DNA of 64,000 bases from Felis catus (taxonomy: Eukaryota), in NCBI RefSeq assembly GCF_018350175.1, contig NC_058368.1, forward strand, positions 137,890,001 through 137,954,000. Reading direction: 5' to 3'. The notes below the pieces were generated by a model. That model ran no database searches. It was not told where the DNA came from and saw nothing but the letters and a program-made list of their open reading frames with translations. Numbering within the stretch: the first letter of the stretch is position 1; each line of letters begins with the position of its first letter. Below are positions 24,741 to 38,070 of the stretch, piece after piece. A program made the position numbers and the translations under genes.

Positions 24741-25439
24741 ATCTTCTGCATGTTCTGTTGCATCCATAGTGTTCTGACTTGGGTGAGATACAGGTGACCT
24801 CTTTTAGAAGATATATAGTAGCCATTTTTGTATCCATATACAGTGTTTAACACATTTCCGGCCATGCTGTGTTTCGCAAGGCTTTGCTGATATGAAACAA
24901 ATATAGATGAATCAATGGCTCTGCTGTAAAAAACTGTAATTAGTTAGACGGGGATAATGACTATTGTAAGGAAGTTAATTTTTCTTGGATACATTTATGA
25001 GTTTAATGCAATTTTAATAAAAATTATCATGGCTTTTTAAAACTTCATTCAGACTATACCAAAGAATAAATGAGTAAGAATGATCAAGGAAGTTTTGGCT
25101 AAGAAGAGTGGCACTGAAGCTTGTCTTAACAGATATTACTAAGTAGCTGCAATAATCAAAATAATGGGGATCTCACATCAGAGTAAAGCAACAGTGCAAA
25201 CTGTTATGTCCACAAACAAGCCCTAAACTGTGAACACAGTCTTAGTATATGACTCACATGTGGTACCACAGGTTAGAGAGGAAAGGAAGGAGTTGTTCAG
25301 TAAATGGTATAGGATAGCCTGATTAACTTCTCTCGAGTGCAAAAAAAAAAAAAAAAAAAAAAATAGGTATTTTGCCCATATACCAAAGTAAATTCTAGGT
25401 AAATTAAACTAGGGGTTATTTAGAAGTAGGTAGAGGAGG

Positions 25440-25566
25440 AGGACGCCTGGGTGGCTCAGTCAATTAAGCATCTGACTCTTGATTTCAGCTCAGGTCATGA
25501 TCTCACTGGTTCCTGAGATCAAGCCCCCAGTTGGGCTCTGTGCTGACAGTGGGTAGCCAGCTTGGG

Positions 25567-25605
<39 letters not shown>

Positions 25606-25622
25606 AATAAACTTAAAAGAAA
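25440..25622 (+). mobile_element. Can-SINE
   Basis: Head plus (TC)n and A tail. Confidence 0.85.
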
Positions 25623-26139
25623 AATAGGCAATAAACATTTGAAAACTGTTTCATCTTGTTTATAATTTAATGGCTAGTAATTAAAGAATTCAAATTAGGC
25701 AGATATTATTTTTCCACCAAATGGGCAAAAAAGTTACATAAGGCTGGCAAGGAATGAGGAAACAGGCACTCCCAAGGTTTGCTGATGGGACTGAAGGGCA
25801 ATTGGCAGGATGTAGAAGCAGCTTCGGAGTGTCTATACTGTTGTTTGCTCCGTGATTCCACTTCTAAGGATCCATTCTAAAGAAATAATCATTTATATTC
25901 AAGGTGCTTTATCCAAACAATCCCCCCACAGGAATGTGAGCTCTGTGGAGGCAGGAATTGTATTATCTTTGTTTACAGCTATATCCCAATGATAAAGCAG
26001 AGCCAGGCACAGAGAAAGCACCCCCAAAATATTGTTGAATGGATATTTACACTTTCTAAAGTTTTTATTGTGAAGTATTTTAGGTAAATGAAAAGGTCTA
26101 TATTTTTTAAACATATTAGTGATTAATTTTGGCCGGTGG

Positions 26140-26527
26140 GAGGAGAGGAGCAGAGAGAGGGAGAGAGGGAATCCCAAGCAGGCTCCAGCTGTCAGCACAG
26201 ACCCCGACTCAGGGCTTCATCCCATGAACCATGAAATCATGCCCTGAGTTGAAATTAAGAGTCAGATTCTTGGGGCACCTGGGTGGCTCAGTTGGTTGAG
26301 CATCCGACATCGGCTTGGGTCATGATCTCATGGTTTGTGAGTTCGAATCCTGCATCAAGCTCTGTGCTGACAGCTCGGAGTCTGCAGCCTGCTTTGGATT
26401 CTGTCTCCCTCTCTCTCTGCTCCTCCCCCACTCACTGTCTCTGTCACCTTCAAAAATAATAAACATTAAAAAAAATTTTTTTAAACAGAGTCAGATTCTT
26501 AACCGACTGAGCCACCCAGGTGCCCCC
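26140..26527. mobile_element. Minus-strand Can-SINE split by a plus-strand Can-SINE (26272-26486)
   Basis: TSD agagtcagattctt at 26258-26271 and 26487-26500. Confidence 0.88.
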
Positions 26528-26739
26528 AAAATGTATATTTTTTGAAAATACAAAACACCCAAGTATCCACTGCTTGATTTAGAAAAGAAAACATTACCAT
26601 TATGGCTGAAGTCCCCTGTTGCATGTATTAGTTTTAAAGTAGGAAAAGGACAAAAATACAAAGCAAATTCACCATAACCTTCTGATCAGGCCAAAAATTC
26701 TACACAAAATTTTCCTTTTTCTCTCGTTTTTTAAATAAA

Positions 26740-27455
26740 AAATTATACTGAAACACACATAAACATAAAATTTACCATCCTAACCAATTTCAAGAGTACA
26801 GTTCGGGGGCACGCAGAACATTCACACTGTTGCATCAAGGTTATCACCATCCACCCACAGAACTGTTTTTGTCTTGCAAAACCGAGACTCTGCATCCATT
26901 TAACAGTACTTCCCATTCCTCCCTCCCCCAGCCCCTGGTAACCACTTGTTCTACTCCCTCTGTATATTTTATTACCCCAGGTATCTCATATAAGTAGAAT
27001 TATACAACATTTGTCCTTTTGTGTCTAGCTTTTTTCACTTAGCCTATCCTCAAGATTCACCCATGTTGTAGGATATATCAGAATGTCTTTCCTTTTTAAG
27101 GCTGAGCAATATTCCATCGTGTGTATGTACCACATTTTGTTTATCAGCTCATCTGTGGACGGACACTTGGGGTGCTTCCACACTTTGGCTACTGTGAATA
27201 ATGCTGCCATGAATGTAGGTATACAGATATATCTTTGAGTCTCTGAATTCTTTTGGGAATATACTCTGAGGTCGAATTGCTAGATTAAATGGTAATTCTG
27301 ATTGTAGTTTTTTAAGGAACTGCCATACTGTGTTCCATAATGGCTATACCATTTTATAATCTCACCAACAGTGCACAAGGGTTCCAATTTTTCCACATGC
27401 TCACCAACACTTGTTATTTTAATAGTAGTCATCCTAACAGGTATGAGGTGGGAAT
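26740..27455 (-). mobile_element. Old L1M (L1MB-like) 3' fragment
   Basis: Reverse-strand ORF2 C-terminus AALFTVAKVWKHPKCPSTDELINKMWYIHTMEY. Confidence 0.8.
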
Positions 27456-27996
27456 TCATCCCTTGTGTCTCCTGCACAATGCCTATCAGTGTGGACAAGC
27501 ACGTGCTTGAAAGAAAAACTATACTCAGGAAGTTTTCAGGTAACAGAACCACAACCTCATGAGGTCTTTCCAGGGAAGTCAAAAAAGGGCTTGTAACACA
27601 CCCACACCCACCCACACGCACCCACTCACACACCATTAAACAGAACCTCTTTCTTGTTATCTGGAAGACTTCTTCAGCAAGCATGGTGGCCATTACCACT
27701 AGGGGCAATATTCTTCCCAAGCAAGGCTGAAGTGTGGGGAATAAAACTCCCCCAGCCCTTAGGAGGACTTGAAAGGACACAGGCAGGGACTTAACAGGAC
27801 CACGAAACTTTTGGGAATAAGGTATACGTTCACTATCTTGATTATGGTAATGGTTATATATCAAACTGTACATTTTAAATATGTGATTATATTGGATGTC
27901 CACTATTCCTCAATAAAGCTGTTTTTTTTTTAATTCCAGTCCCTAACAAAATTTAGAATTGCTCAAAAAATAATGCTCAAAAAATAATGAAAGGTT

Positions 27997-28218
27997 GGGG
28001 TGCCTGGGTGGCCCAGTTGGTTAAGTGTCTGACTTGATTTCGGTTTAAGCCATGATCTCATGGTTCATGAGTTCGAGCCCCATTTTGTGCTCTGTGCTGA
28101 CAGCTGGAGCCTGCTTTGGCTTCTCTCTTGCCCCCTCTCTTTACCCCTCCCCCACTCACAAGCATGCATGTGTGCACTCTCTCTCAAAATAAATAAACAA
28201 ACATTAAAAAAAAAAAAC
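27997..28218 (+). mobile_element. Can-SINE
   Basis: ggggtgcctgggtggcccag head; TSD-like aatgaaa.g. Confidence 0.85.
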
Positions 28219-28894
28219 AATGAAAAGCAAAGCACAAAACTGAGAAGAAGAGCAAGCCAGGAAATAATTGGGCAGATTTACAAACTGCATTTTCCTTATG
28301 TTTGATACCTTGAGCCTGAATAAACACAGCTCTTTAGTGCGGGTTGGTCCGTGCCTCCCTTTCTGACCCTGATTATGAGGTATTCAGACACGTAACTTGT
28401 GGGTTGCCAGTGCTCCCTAGTTTGGTTGAGATTTCACAAGCTGCCTCAGTCTGCTTCCCAATTCCTTTTTCTGGAACAGCCAATACTTCCTGCCCCCCAC
28501 AACAGGTTGGCACTTTTGCTTTATTTTTTCCTGGATTCTGTGCCCCAGATGAGGAAAGTGTCGCCTTTTGGGATTCAAAGATTCCTTCTCTGCTCCAGGC
28601 AAACCGCATTAACCTTGCTAGTAAACTCTTACTCACCTCAGAAGTTGTTCCAAAATTCCTGCCCTCACCCCTGAGCCACTGTTGTCTGTCCTGTTCAGTT
28701 CATCTGAAACTCATTCATTCGTGGTCTATTAAATTGGCTTATGGCAGGGCCACCTACTGCTCCTAATATCTGAGCCTAATGTCATGAAGGGTCAAGAGAA
28801 GTGGTGACCATCATGAAGAATCTAAGGAACCCAATGGTTTCAATAAAATACCAGCCATATAAGGTACAAACATTTTGTGAAAAAAGATAATTTT

Positions 28895-29790
28895 AAAGAC
28901 ACGTTGCCAACTACTATGTAGCAAATTACCACAAAATTCATTAGCTTGAAACAACCTTTTATTATACTCAAGACATGTGCAAGTCAGAAATTCATACAGG
29001 GGTTCATAGGTCTCTACTACACTATCCAGGGACTCAGTCGGAAAATTTGAAAGCTGGGGTGACCCAGGGCTGGGGACAGGAATCATTTGGAAGAGCGTTT
29101 ATTTAACATTTCTAGCAGCTGATGCTAGCTGTCTGCTGGGATTGGCAGTTAGAACACCACCATGTGACCTTTCCAAGTGGCCTGAACATCCTCACAGCTG
29201 ACCAGTCTCCAAGAGAACCAATGGAGGCTTTAGTGCCTTCTGTAATCTAGCCTAGGAAGCTATATAAGTAGTCACAAGTCCCTCATATTCAAGGAGAACT
29301 GTATTGCTTTGTTAGGGCTTCCATAAGAAAGCATCACAGACTGGAACTCAAACAACAGAAATGTATTGTCTCACAGTTCTGGAAACTAGATGTCCACAAG
29401 GTATCAGCAGGGTTGGTTCCCTCTCCAGGTTGTGAGAGAAAGATCTCTTCTAGGCCTCCCTCCTTGGCTTGTACATGGGCGTCTTCTCTCTGTGTCTCTT
29501 CACATCGCTGTCCCTCTTTGTGTGCCCCTGTGCCCAAATTTCCTCCTTTTTATGACACTAGTCATACTGGATTAGGACCCACCCTAATGACTTTAACTTG
29601 ATGACCTCCATCTCCAAATAAGACCACATTCTGAGGTGCTGAGGATTAGGACCTCAACATAGGAATTTTGAGGGAAACACAATTTAATTTGTAAAAGGAA
29701 TATAGACCCCAACTCTCAATGGGCAGAGTGCCAAAGTCACCCCATAAAAAGTGTGTGTGGGAGATATTATTACTACCATCTTTGGAAAAT
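28895..29790. mobile_element. MaLR (MLT1) LTR with a second MLT1 LTR nested at ~29300-29695
   Basis: aaacaacagaaatgtattgtctcacagttctgga; ggattaggacccaccctaatgac; ctccaaataagaccacattctgagg. Confidence 0.7.
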
Positions 29791-31819
29791 ACAGTCTAAC
29801 ACATCATGATACATAATGCTTAATGATGAGAATCTATGATAGTTTATGTTATTCGTTTCATGTAAGTCAGCTCACAACATAATAAAACAATGATTTGGGG
29901 GAGAGCTATTTTCATGTGTTTCATATTTTTATGGCAGTCAGAGAGCTCAAATGCCAAGTGTTTGGTTCCAAAGAAGACACCTGGAAAATCTGTGGCTTGA
30001 CTTTTCCAAGGCAATGAAGGCATGTGCTTCAAAAACTAGTGCTTCCCAACAGAATTTCCGGCCAATTATTATTTCTGGCTCAAGGATTTGTTCCACTTTA
30101 AGCTCCTTTACTGATGTGCTTATTTGTAGTAGACACTCAGTATTAGTGCCTATAGTTCACCCTTGACCAATCTTGTCTTCACTCAGAGGAATTCATGCCT
30201 ATCCATTTTGTTTTGTAGTAATTTTAAAGTAAATTTAAACATGTATTTTTATCAAGTTTTAGGAAACACATATTAATAAGTGCCTACTATAACCGTAAAT
30301 CTTATCACGCCTCATTTGTTGCCACTATTGTTACTACGTGAATTGACTTACAGTGCAAAAAAATCAGGTGGGGCTTCTGCCAAACCCAGACTGGCGGTGA
30401 TAACACTTACTGGCCCAATGCACATCAGCAAATGTTCTGCAACAAGTATTGAATAAAGATTCACAAAAACCAGTCTCGAAAATCTAAACATTCCTTTTGA
30501 AAGTGGGGAAGACCCCCAGTTACTCCACAATCCACTGGGCTAATCTCCAAATTGCTTTTCCAGAACTACCCACTCTTGCCACTTTGCTCTTCCTAGCCTC
30601 TTTTCTCCTGGTCAGCCTCTCCCTCCCTGCCCACCTGGGCAGCACACATCACAGGGCCCACTCAGACCTACTGAATTAGTCCAAGTTCCCCAGGTAATTC
30701 TGGTCATCAGCTAGGTCTGCCAACCACAGATCAGTGTGATCAGATTCAAGTTCCTTAAGCTTAGCCTAAAAAGCTGTCACCTCTACTCAAGTCACCATCA
30801 CATCCTCTGCCACTCCCCATCTCATGATTTACCCCCTAACAATACTCAGTGGGTTGCTTCCCCCCCAGCCCCCACCTCAGACCCTGCCCAGGTTGAAACC
30901 CTCCACCCACCTTGACAGCCAAACAACCTATTTTCCCTCCAAAATCCAGCTCCAGTGTCTGCTTCCATGAAGGCTTCCCTGACCATGAAGCCAACCCTCA
31001 TCCAGTGTTAATCCTTCTCTGCATTTCCGCTGCACCGCGTCCACAAACAGCAATCAGCACAGTGTAGAAATATACTTGCTTGCCTTTCTCCCCTGCGAGA
31101 GTATGATCCACTTGAAGGCAGGTTCGATGTCATTTCCATCTTAGAATTCCCAGCATCTAACCCGGGGCTGAATTGAATCAGAATAAACTGGTTTTATGGG
31201 AGTACACAAAGAAGTCCTTTGTCAAGCAGGTCAAGTCTCCTTTGTACAAACTCCTTGATGTTACTGTGTTCAGTTAGGCTGCTGTGTGGGCGCTACTCTG
31301 CCTGGCTCTGACATGATCAATTCTTTCAGTATTTAACACAGTACACACAGGCTCTTTTCCTTGGCAAGCAAGCAAGTCCCTATAAAGACGTTTAAGGGCA
31401 TTAGCATTTAAGGAAAGACTCCCAAACCAGGGCTCTCCTGGTTTCTCCTAGCACGGACCCTTGAGTTCCATCCTCTCCCCTCATATTTCATGATCTTATT
31501 TCACATCCCAGACAACAGGGATCAATGTTTGCTTTATGTTGCCTGCCTCCTGTTAGCTCTTCTTTGCTTAGAACTTTGACCAAGATTGCAGCTGCAGCCC
31601 GTTAGTGACACTCCCAACTTGATGCCATCAATTTCCAGCCAACAAAAACTTCACAGATTATATAAAAACTCAGTCACACCAAGAATTTTGGCATTGCTCA
31701 TCTAGAAACTGGGGATTTGGTATTGCCCAACATTCAGAGGACTGAAGTCCTTGCTTCTTAGGCTGGATGGTCTCTGGGAGGATGGCAAACAGAACCTTCA
31801 GATAACAGCCAGGATAACA

Positions 31820-32840
31820 CAGCAGTGTTTCTCTGAGATCAGGGTCCATCCGAGTCCCAGGAGGGCTTGTTACAACACAGATTGCTGCTTGTTACAACTC
31901 AATTACTGATTCAGGGCATCTGAGGTGTGGCCTAAAGACTGCAGTTCTAAAAAGTTCTCAGGTGGTGCTCATGCTGGCTGAGGGAATACGTTTTGAGAAT
32001 CTGTGTGGTAGAGAATGTCTGGAGAGGAGGACCAAGCCATCAATCTGACTTGTTAAATCCAGAATAGATTTACCTGCATATTAGACATAGTAGGATCACC
32101 TGAGAAGATTTAAAAACTCTGTCTGCCCAAGCTGCAGCCCATTCCAAATCAGAATCTTTGAAAATGGGACAGAAGTATCAGTATTTTTTTTTAAAACTTC
32201 CCAAATGCTCCCAGGGTGCAGGCAAATTTGACAACCACTGATGTAGACCAGCAGGTCTCAGACCTGGCTGCAAATTAGAGTCACATGGGGAGCTCGTAAA
32301 ACATATTCCTGCCAGGACCTTACCCTGAACCAATTAAGTCAGAATATCTGGGTGTGAGGCCTGGGCGGGTTGCCTTCATTCCTTTAGCCCTTCCTTCCTT
32401 CCTGTCCCGTTTTCCAGATTTTCCTAAAGTTTAAACAGTGTCGGGGATTGAATTCTGGATGTCAATGTACCCCTATTAGAAATTGTCATTTCTGTTGCAG
32501 TTGATAAATCCCTTGTCTTAAACAGAAGAAACTGAGATAATGATTTTTCTTTTTTTGAAACTAGAGAAGACTGGTCCGAGTGGCAGGAGGGAGGAGAGGA
32601 GAAGGGGAACAAATTCACCTTCAGAGTGGATCCCCTAGCATCAAGGCCACACCCTCTCTAAAAATTACCTAGGGCACCAACACCTGTACCTGCATCAACA
32701 GCATCACTTGGGAGTCTGTTAGAAATGCACATTCTCAGGTCCCTACCCCAGGAATTCTGCGGGCGGGGCTCTTGAACCTGTGCCTCCAACAAGCCTACCA
32801 GGTGATTTTGAGGCAGGTTAAGGTTTGGGCACCTCTGACC
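31820..32840. mobile_element. Cluster of ~4 MER5-type (hAT-Charlie) MITE remnants
   Basis: agggcttgttacaacacagattgctg; gcatcacttgggagtctgttagaaatgcacattctcagg; ccaggtgatt; tttgacaaccactg. Confidence 0.65.
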
Positions 32841-32894
32841 AGGAAGATAGCAGTGGGGTGATTAAGATCTTGATTTTCCATTTCTGATGTCGAT

Positions 32895-33088
32895 TATTTT
32901 TTTTTAAGACCGAGAACTCACAAGTGCATAAGTGGGGGAGAGGGGCAGAAGGGGAGAGAGAGAATCTCAAGCAGGCTCCATACTCAGCATGGAGCCTGAC
33001 ACGGGACTCGATCACATGACCCTGGGATCATGACCTGAGCAGAAATCAAGAGTTGGACGTACAACTGACTGAGCCACCCGGGTACCAC
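32895..33088 (-). mobile_element. Can-SINE
   Basis: gatcatgacctgagc...gactgagccaccc. Confidence 0.8.
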
Positions 33089-33276
33089 TCAATCTTTTTT
33101 TTCTTTTTCTTTTTTTTAAACACACCACAGTACCTCTCAAAAGACAAGAGCAACATAGCAACAGCCATGCCAGGAGCCACCTGACTGAATGCCATGTGTC
33201 TCAGTGTGAGATGGAACCATCGAACATCCACCATGCCCCCGCTGACTGTGGGCTTCCATCCCTGACCTTTTGGTCC

Positions 33277-33408
33277 AGAAGGTCCAGAAAGAAACTGGAA
33301 AAAAATTAGTGTATAATAAAGGTGATAGCTTAAATCAATGAGGGAAGTATGTACACATGGTCCCTGACTTATGGGGGTGTGACATAACAATTTTTTCAAC
33401 ATTAGAAG
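33277..33408 (-). repeat. Inverted ~132-bp copy of 35961-36092
   Basis: Reverse complement aligns with about 9 mismatches (manual count). Confidence 0.9.
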
Positions 33409-34221
33409 AGCCTTAACATGTGGTTTTGCGTTCTTACTATGACGGTCACAGGTAATCCCCAAATTCAAATAGTCATTTGCATTTAGTAGACGACTGCCCT
33501 TCCAATTTGATTAAAGTAACTTAGAAGGCTCTTCGGGGCTCCTGTTTGCCTGCCTTCTGTTCTCCATTTCCTCACCAGATGGGGTCATATAATCTCCAGT
33601 TGTTATGCAAGCCATAGCACATGAGCCTGTGCAGCCAGGAAGATGGAGGGCAGCCCTGCTGGACTGAACCCATCAATATTGTACCAGGAGCCACAGCCTT
33701 CCTCTCAGCCTGGAGAACAACAAAATAGGAAGCAGCTCATTTTTTAAATTCATTTATTTATTTTTGCCCCAAACCCTTTATCAAGGGTAAGCAAGACCCT
33801 CAGGCAGTATGAGGCCTCAGAGCTGGTTTGGGATGGAAAAAAGACCACATATGAAACGAGTAGTGACACCTGTAACTAACCGACCCCTTTGCTGCTGTTC
33901 TTAGCAAAGAAGAGAACCTACTTTCATTGAGCACATACTCTCAGGATTTTACATACATAATTTTCCTTCCAATAACATTGTAAAGTTAAGTGGTATTACT
34001 CTTACAGAAATATAAACATATAGGAAAGAAATTCAGAGACTAAATGATGTTCCTGAAACCCCACAGCTAGTAAACTGAGATTGGAAGCTCTCACTGTTAC
34101 CCTGCCCTGCCCACAAGGGGTGCCTGTGCTATCTGCACAACACTTAAATGTCAGTCCTGGTTTCTTTCTATCACTGCATTACACTTCTTGATGTAAATGT
34201 TGAAAATAAACACAACTTTTA

Positions 34222-34384
34222 GGGGTACCTGCATGGCTCAGTGGGTTAAGCATCTGACTTTTGGTTTCGGCTCAGGTCATGATTTCACGGTGAGATTGAG
34301 CCCTGTGTCAGGCTCAGAGTCTGGAGCCTGCTTGGAATTCTCTCCCCTCCTCTCTCTCTGGCCCTCCCCCATGCTCACTCTAAA

Positions 34385-34423
<39 letters not shown>

Positions 34424-34425
34424 CA
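34222..34425 (+). mobile_element. Can-SINE with (TAAG)n tail
   Basis: Head at 34222; microsatellite 34385-34422. Confidence 0.85.
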
Positions 34426-34964
34426 CAATTTTTTAAAAGAAACCAGTATAAATGTGTGCTGGGTAATGAGTTGTTTTTGGGATGCTCTGTAAAAATCAAA
34501 GGCATGAGCAAAGAAAAATTTATGAAGGGAAATGTAGCTGTAATGGCATCAGAAATCACTCACTTTCCTAGAACCTTCTTGGATCTGTTTTTCCCTTGTT
34601 CTCCTGCTGTCCATCTTCCTACCCCAAGAGAACTTTCATCAACTCTCCAGCTAGGCCAGGTAGGACTAATAACATACCCAACCTCTTCGGGCACTGTGCT
34701 CTCCACCAATGACTGTTCCACCCCCTTCTCTCACACCCCATCCTAAGTCCCACCTGCGCCTGAACAATCCATTTGACACGAGAGTGCCTGTTTCCCCAGA
34801 GCCCTGCCAGTATTGAGCACCATATTCTTTTTAAAGTCTTCACCATTAAAATAGTAAAACTAAAAATCTCATTATTTTAATTGGCATGTCCTTAGTCGCT
34901 GTTGAGGTTGAACACATATATCCAAAAAAATATTTGATTTTTTTCCTTTGCAAATTGCCCTTTC

Positions 34965-35153
34965 ATTTTTTTCTAAGCTTATTTCCTTTGAGAGCCAGAG
35001 AGCCAGAGAGCCAGAGACAGAGTGCACGTGATTGGGGGAGAGGCAGAGAGAGGGAGAGCCTGACTCTTGGCTCAAACTCACGAACTGTGAGATCCTGACC
35101 TAAGTCGAAATCAAGAGTCAGATGTTTAACCGACTAAGCCAACCAGGCGCCCT
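34965..35153 (-). mobile_element. Can-SINE
   Basis: ttaaccgactaagccaaccaggcgccc; TSD-like tgccctttca. Confidence 0.8.
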
Positions 35154-35537
35154 GCCCTTTCACCTTCTTCACCCAATTTCTTTTGGGGACTGGTTCTTAT
35201 TGATATATGAGGACCTTTATTTACTAAGGATATTCATCTTTTCCCATATATAAGCAAAGACTTTGTCCCAATTTGTATTTTGACTGGTTTCTGCAGCACT
35301 GGGGTTGTATGTGGTCACATCTATGGTTTCTTCGTTCAGGGTCATTTTTAGAGAGATGTTCCCCATGCTACGATTTTTAAAATATATACTCATACCTTAT
35401 TATATATAATTTGTATGTCTCACTTTTTACATTAAATCCATGTGAAAATTTTTTGGTCAGGTATGGAAAAGGATGCTAGACTTAACTCTCTCCTTCAAAC
35501 GAATAGCCAGTTTGTTCTAATGCCATGTACTGAATGA

Positions 35538-36015
35538 TAGACATCTTCAACTTCCAGTAAGGTTATGTCCCAATTACAATTTCACCATAAGTTGAAAATA
35601 ACGTAAATCAAAAATGCACTGAACACACCTAACCTACGGAACATCCTAGCTTACTTAGTTAGCCTACCTTAAATGTGCTCAGAAGACTTACATTAGTTTA
35701 CAGGTGGGCAAGTAATCTAACACAAGGCTTATTTTATAATAAAGTGCTGAGGATCTCATGTAATTTATTAAATACCATACTGAAAGTGAAAACTGGAATG
35801 GTGGTTAGTACCCTTGAGATCAGGGGCCTGACAGGGAGCTGCAATTCCCTGCTACTGCCTAGCGGCACAAGAGAATGCAGTACTGGGTACCATTAGCCAG
35901 GAAAAGATCACTATTCAAAATTCAAAGTACAGTTTCTACGGAATGCTATTACTTTAGCACCTTCTAATGTTGAAAAAATTGTTATGTCACACCACCATAA
36001 GTCAGGGACCATCTG
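35538..36015 (+). mobile_element. MER47/Tigger5-like DNA transposon inserted in an antisense old L1
   Basis: cacctaacctacggaacatcctagc...ttttataataaagtg...ccataagtcagggaccatctg|ta; TA flank; family name from recall. Confidence 0.75.
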
Positions 36016-36220
36016 TACATACTTCCCTCACTGATTTAAGGTATCACCTTTATTATACATCAATTTTTCTCATGTTTCTTTCTGGACCTTCTTTTGGTCT
36101 TTTTAGACCTTCAATTCTCATGCCCATACCACACTGGTTTAATTTCCGTAATTTTCTATTAGGTGGTATCTGCTAGAGCTATTTCAATCCTTCTTTATTA
36201 ACATTTAAAAAACATTTCTA

Positions 36221-36435
36221 GGGGAGCCTGGATGGCTCAGTCAGTTAAGCATCCAACTTTGGCTCAGTTCGTGATCTCGCAGTTTGAGAGTTCGAGCCCA
36301 GCATTGGACTCTGTGCTGACAGCTTGGAGTCTGGAGCCTGCTTCAGACTCTGTCTCCCTCTCTCTCTGCTCCCCTCCCCCCACTTGCAGTCTGTCTTCCT
36401 CTCTCAAAAATAAACATTAAAAAAATTAAAAGAAA
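36221..36435 (+). mobile_element. Can-SINE
   Basis: TSD catttaaaaaacatttcta. Confidence 0.88.
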
Positions 36436-37070
36436 AGCATTTAAAAAACATTTCTAGATTATTGCACATTTATTTCTCCAACTGAATTTTGGAAATATTT
36501 TGTCAAAGCTTTACTTTTCCACTTACTGTTGTAGGAATACTTCTGTTCATCTCTCTAGCAGCTCTTCTTTCCATTATTCAATAATCATTGCCTGTGCCTA
36601 CTGTTAACCCGGCAATGGGCTAGGCACTGGGGATATAAAAATAAGCTTGATGCAATTCTTGCCTTCAAGAGGCTTAAAATCACAGGTAGGAAGAGAAAAA
36701 TCAATGCATTTGGGTTATTCAGTCATGATTTCTCCTGTTGGGGGAGTACTTTAAGGCTAGAGTCCAAGAAAAGGCATTAATGTATCTTCTGAGAGAAGTG
36801 GCGGAAAATGAGAATAGCAAGAGGTGGCCAGCCAGTGCCTCACCACTGGGCCTGGTAAGTGGGCTCAGGAAGGGTCCATGCTTACTGTGTAACACTGGAA
36901 CCCTAAGATTCCAAAGATATGTTTTGGGGGTCTTAAAAGTCTACATTCCCTCTTAGCACTATCCAGTGAAGTCTGCATTTTCAGTTTCCCTATCCCATGC
37001 TAAAGCCTCCTGTCAGATTATGTTTCACCTGCTAGCAAGAGTGAGTATCCTGGTCTGTTACACAGCTCAA

Positions 37071-37157
37071 ACCAGCATAAGTCAGGGACCATGTGTGCAC
37101 ATTCTTTAAGGTACGACCTTTATTTAAGGTACGACCTTTATTGTACACTGTATTTTT
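37071..37157 (+). repeat. Third diverged copy of ~35991-36068, with a perfect 18-bp tandem duplication
   Basis: accagcataagtcagggaccatgtgt...(tttaaggtacgaccttta)x2 ttgtacactgtattttt. Confidence 0.75.
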
Positions 37158-37854
37158 GTGTCTTTCAAAGCATTATTTGCCTGTTTATATAATCCAAAAT
37201 CCCCTACAGTCTTGTGAGGTGAGCAGATATCATAATTTCTACTTGAAAGGTATACAAATGGATGCTTTGCAAAGCTAGCACGTAAGTTACGTGATCTGCC
37301 CAAAGTGCTGGGTACAGAGCCAAACCTGGAAGGAAAGTTTCAGGTTCCTGGGCCAGTTCTCTTTCTAGCATACTCTATGGCCTACTGAGTAAGCCCAATC
37401 TTTCTGTTTAAGGCGTTTCTAATAGCACTATTCAACCTGCAAATGGGTATGTCTAGAACTTCATTATATCTCTCCTCTACCCTTCACCCTCACCACCGTA
37501 AAGAAATGGGGGATCCCCTTCCTTTATACTTCTGCATCTAAAACAAGAGGTTGGGAAGAAAAGGGAAGATGCTAGAACAAGATTAGGGTGAGGATCTAGA
37601 TGGAGGCTAAAGAAGTGGAGCAGAGGGGAAATGGGCCTTTCGGGGACCCCAAAAGGGTTGAAGGAGTTGAAGCTAATTTATCTTCAAAGGCTCCCTGGCT
37701 AAATCCCCAGTCACTCCAACTCACTTCCTTTTTCACTGTGATCATTAGTAGCTTCTGAGCTTCTGAATTTCTCTCCTTCTCTGGGCAACTAAAGAATAGA
37801 GTTCAGACTTAGTTTTTCACTTCCATAGATATACCTTTTAAAAATACACATACA

Positions 37855-38070
37855 GGGGCACCTGCGTGGCTCAGCTGGTTGAATGTCCAACTCTTCAATT
37901 CAGCTCAGGTCATGATCTCCTGGTCGGTGAGTTTGAGCTGCACAGTGGGCTGTGCTGGCAGTGGGGAGCCTGCTTGGGAATCTCTCCCTTTCTCTCTCTC
38001 TGCCACTTCCCTGCTCCCACTCTCTTTCTCTCAAAAATAAACATTAAAAAAGAAGAAGGAAAAAAAGAAG
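37855..38070 (+). mobile_element. Can-SINE
   Basis: Head and tail visible. Confidence 0.82.

Noticed and set aside
27280..27903. 207-aa minus-strand ORF
   Set aside because: Both ends lie in decayed L1 sequence and the middle has no recognisable homology; a chance ORF.
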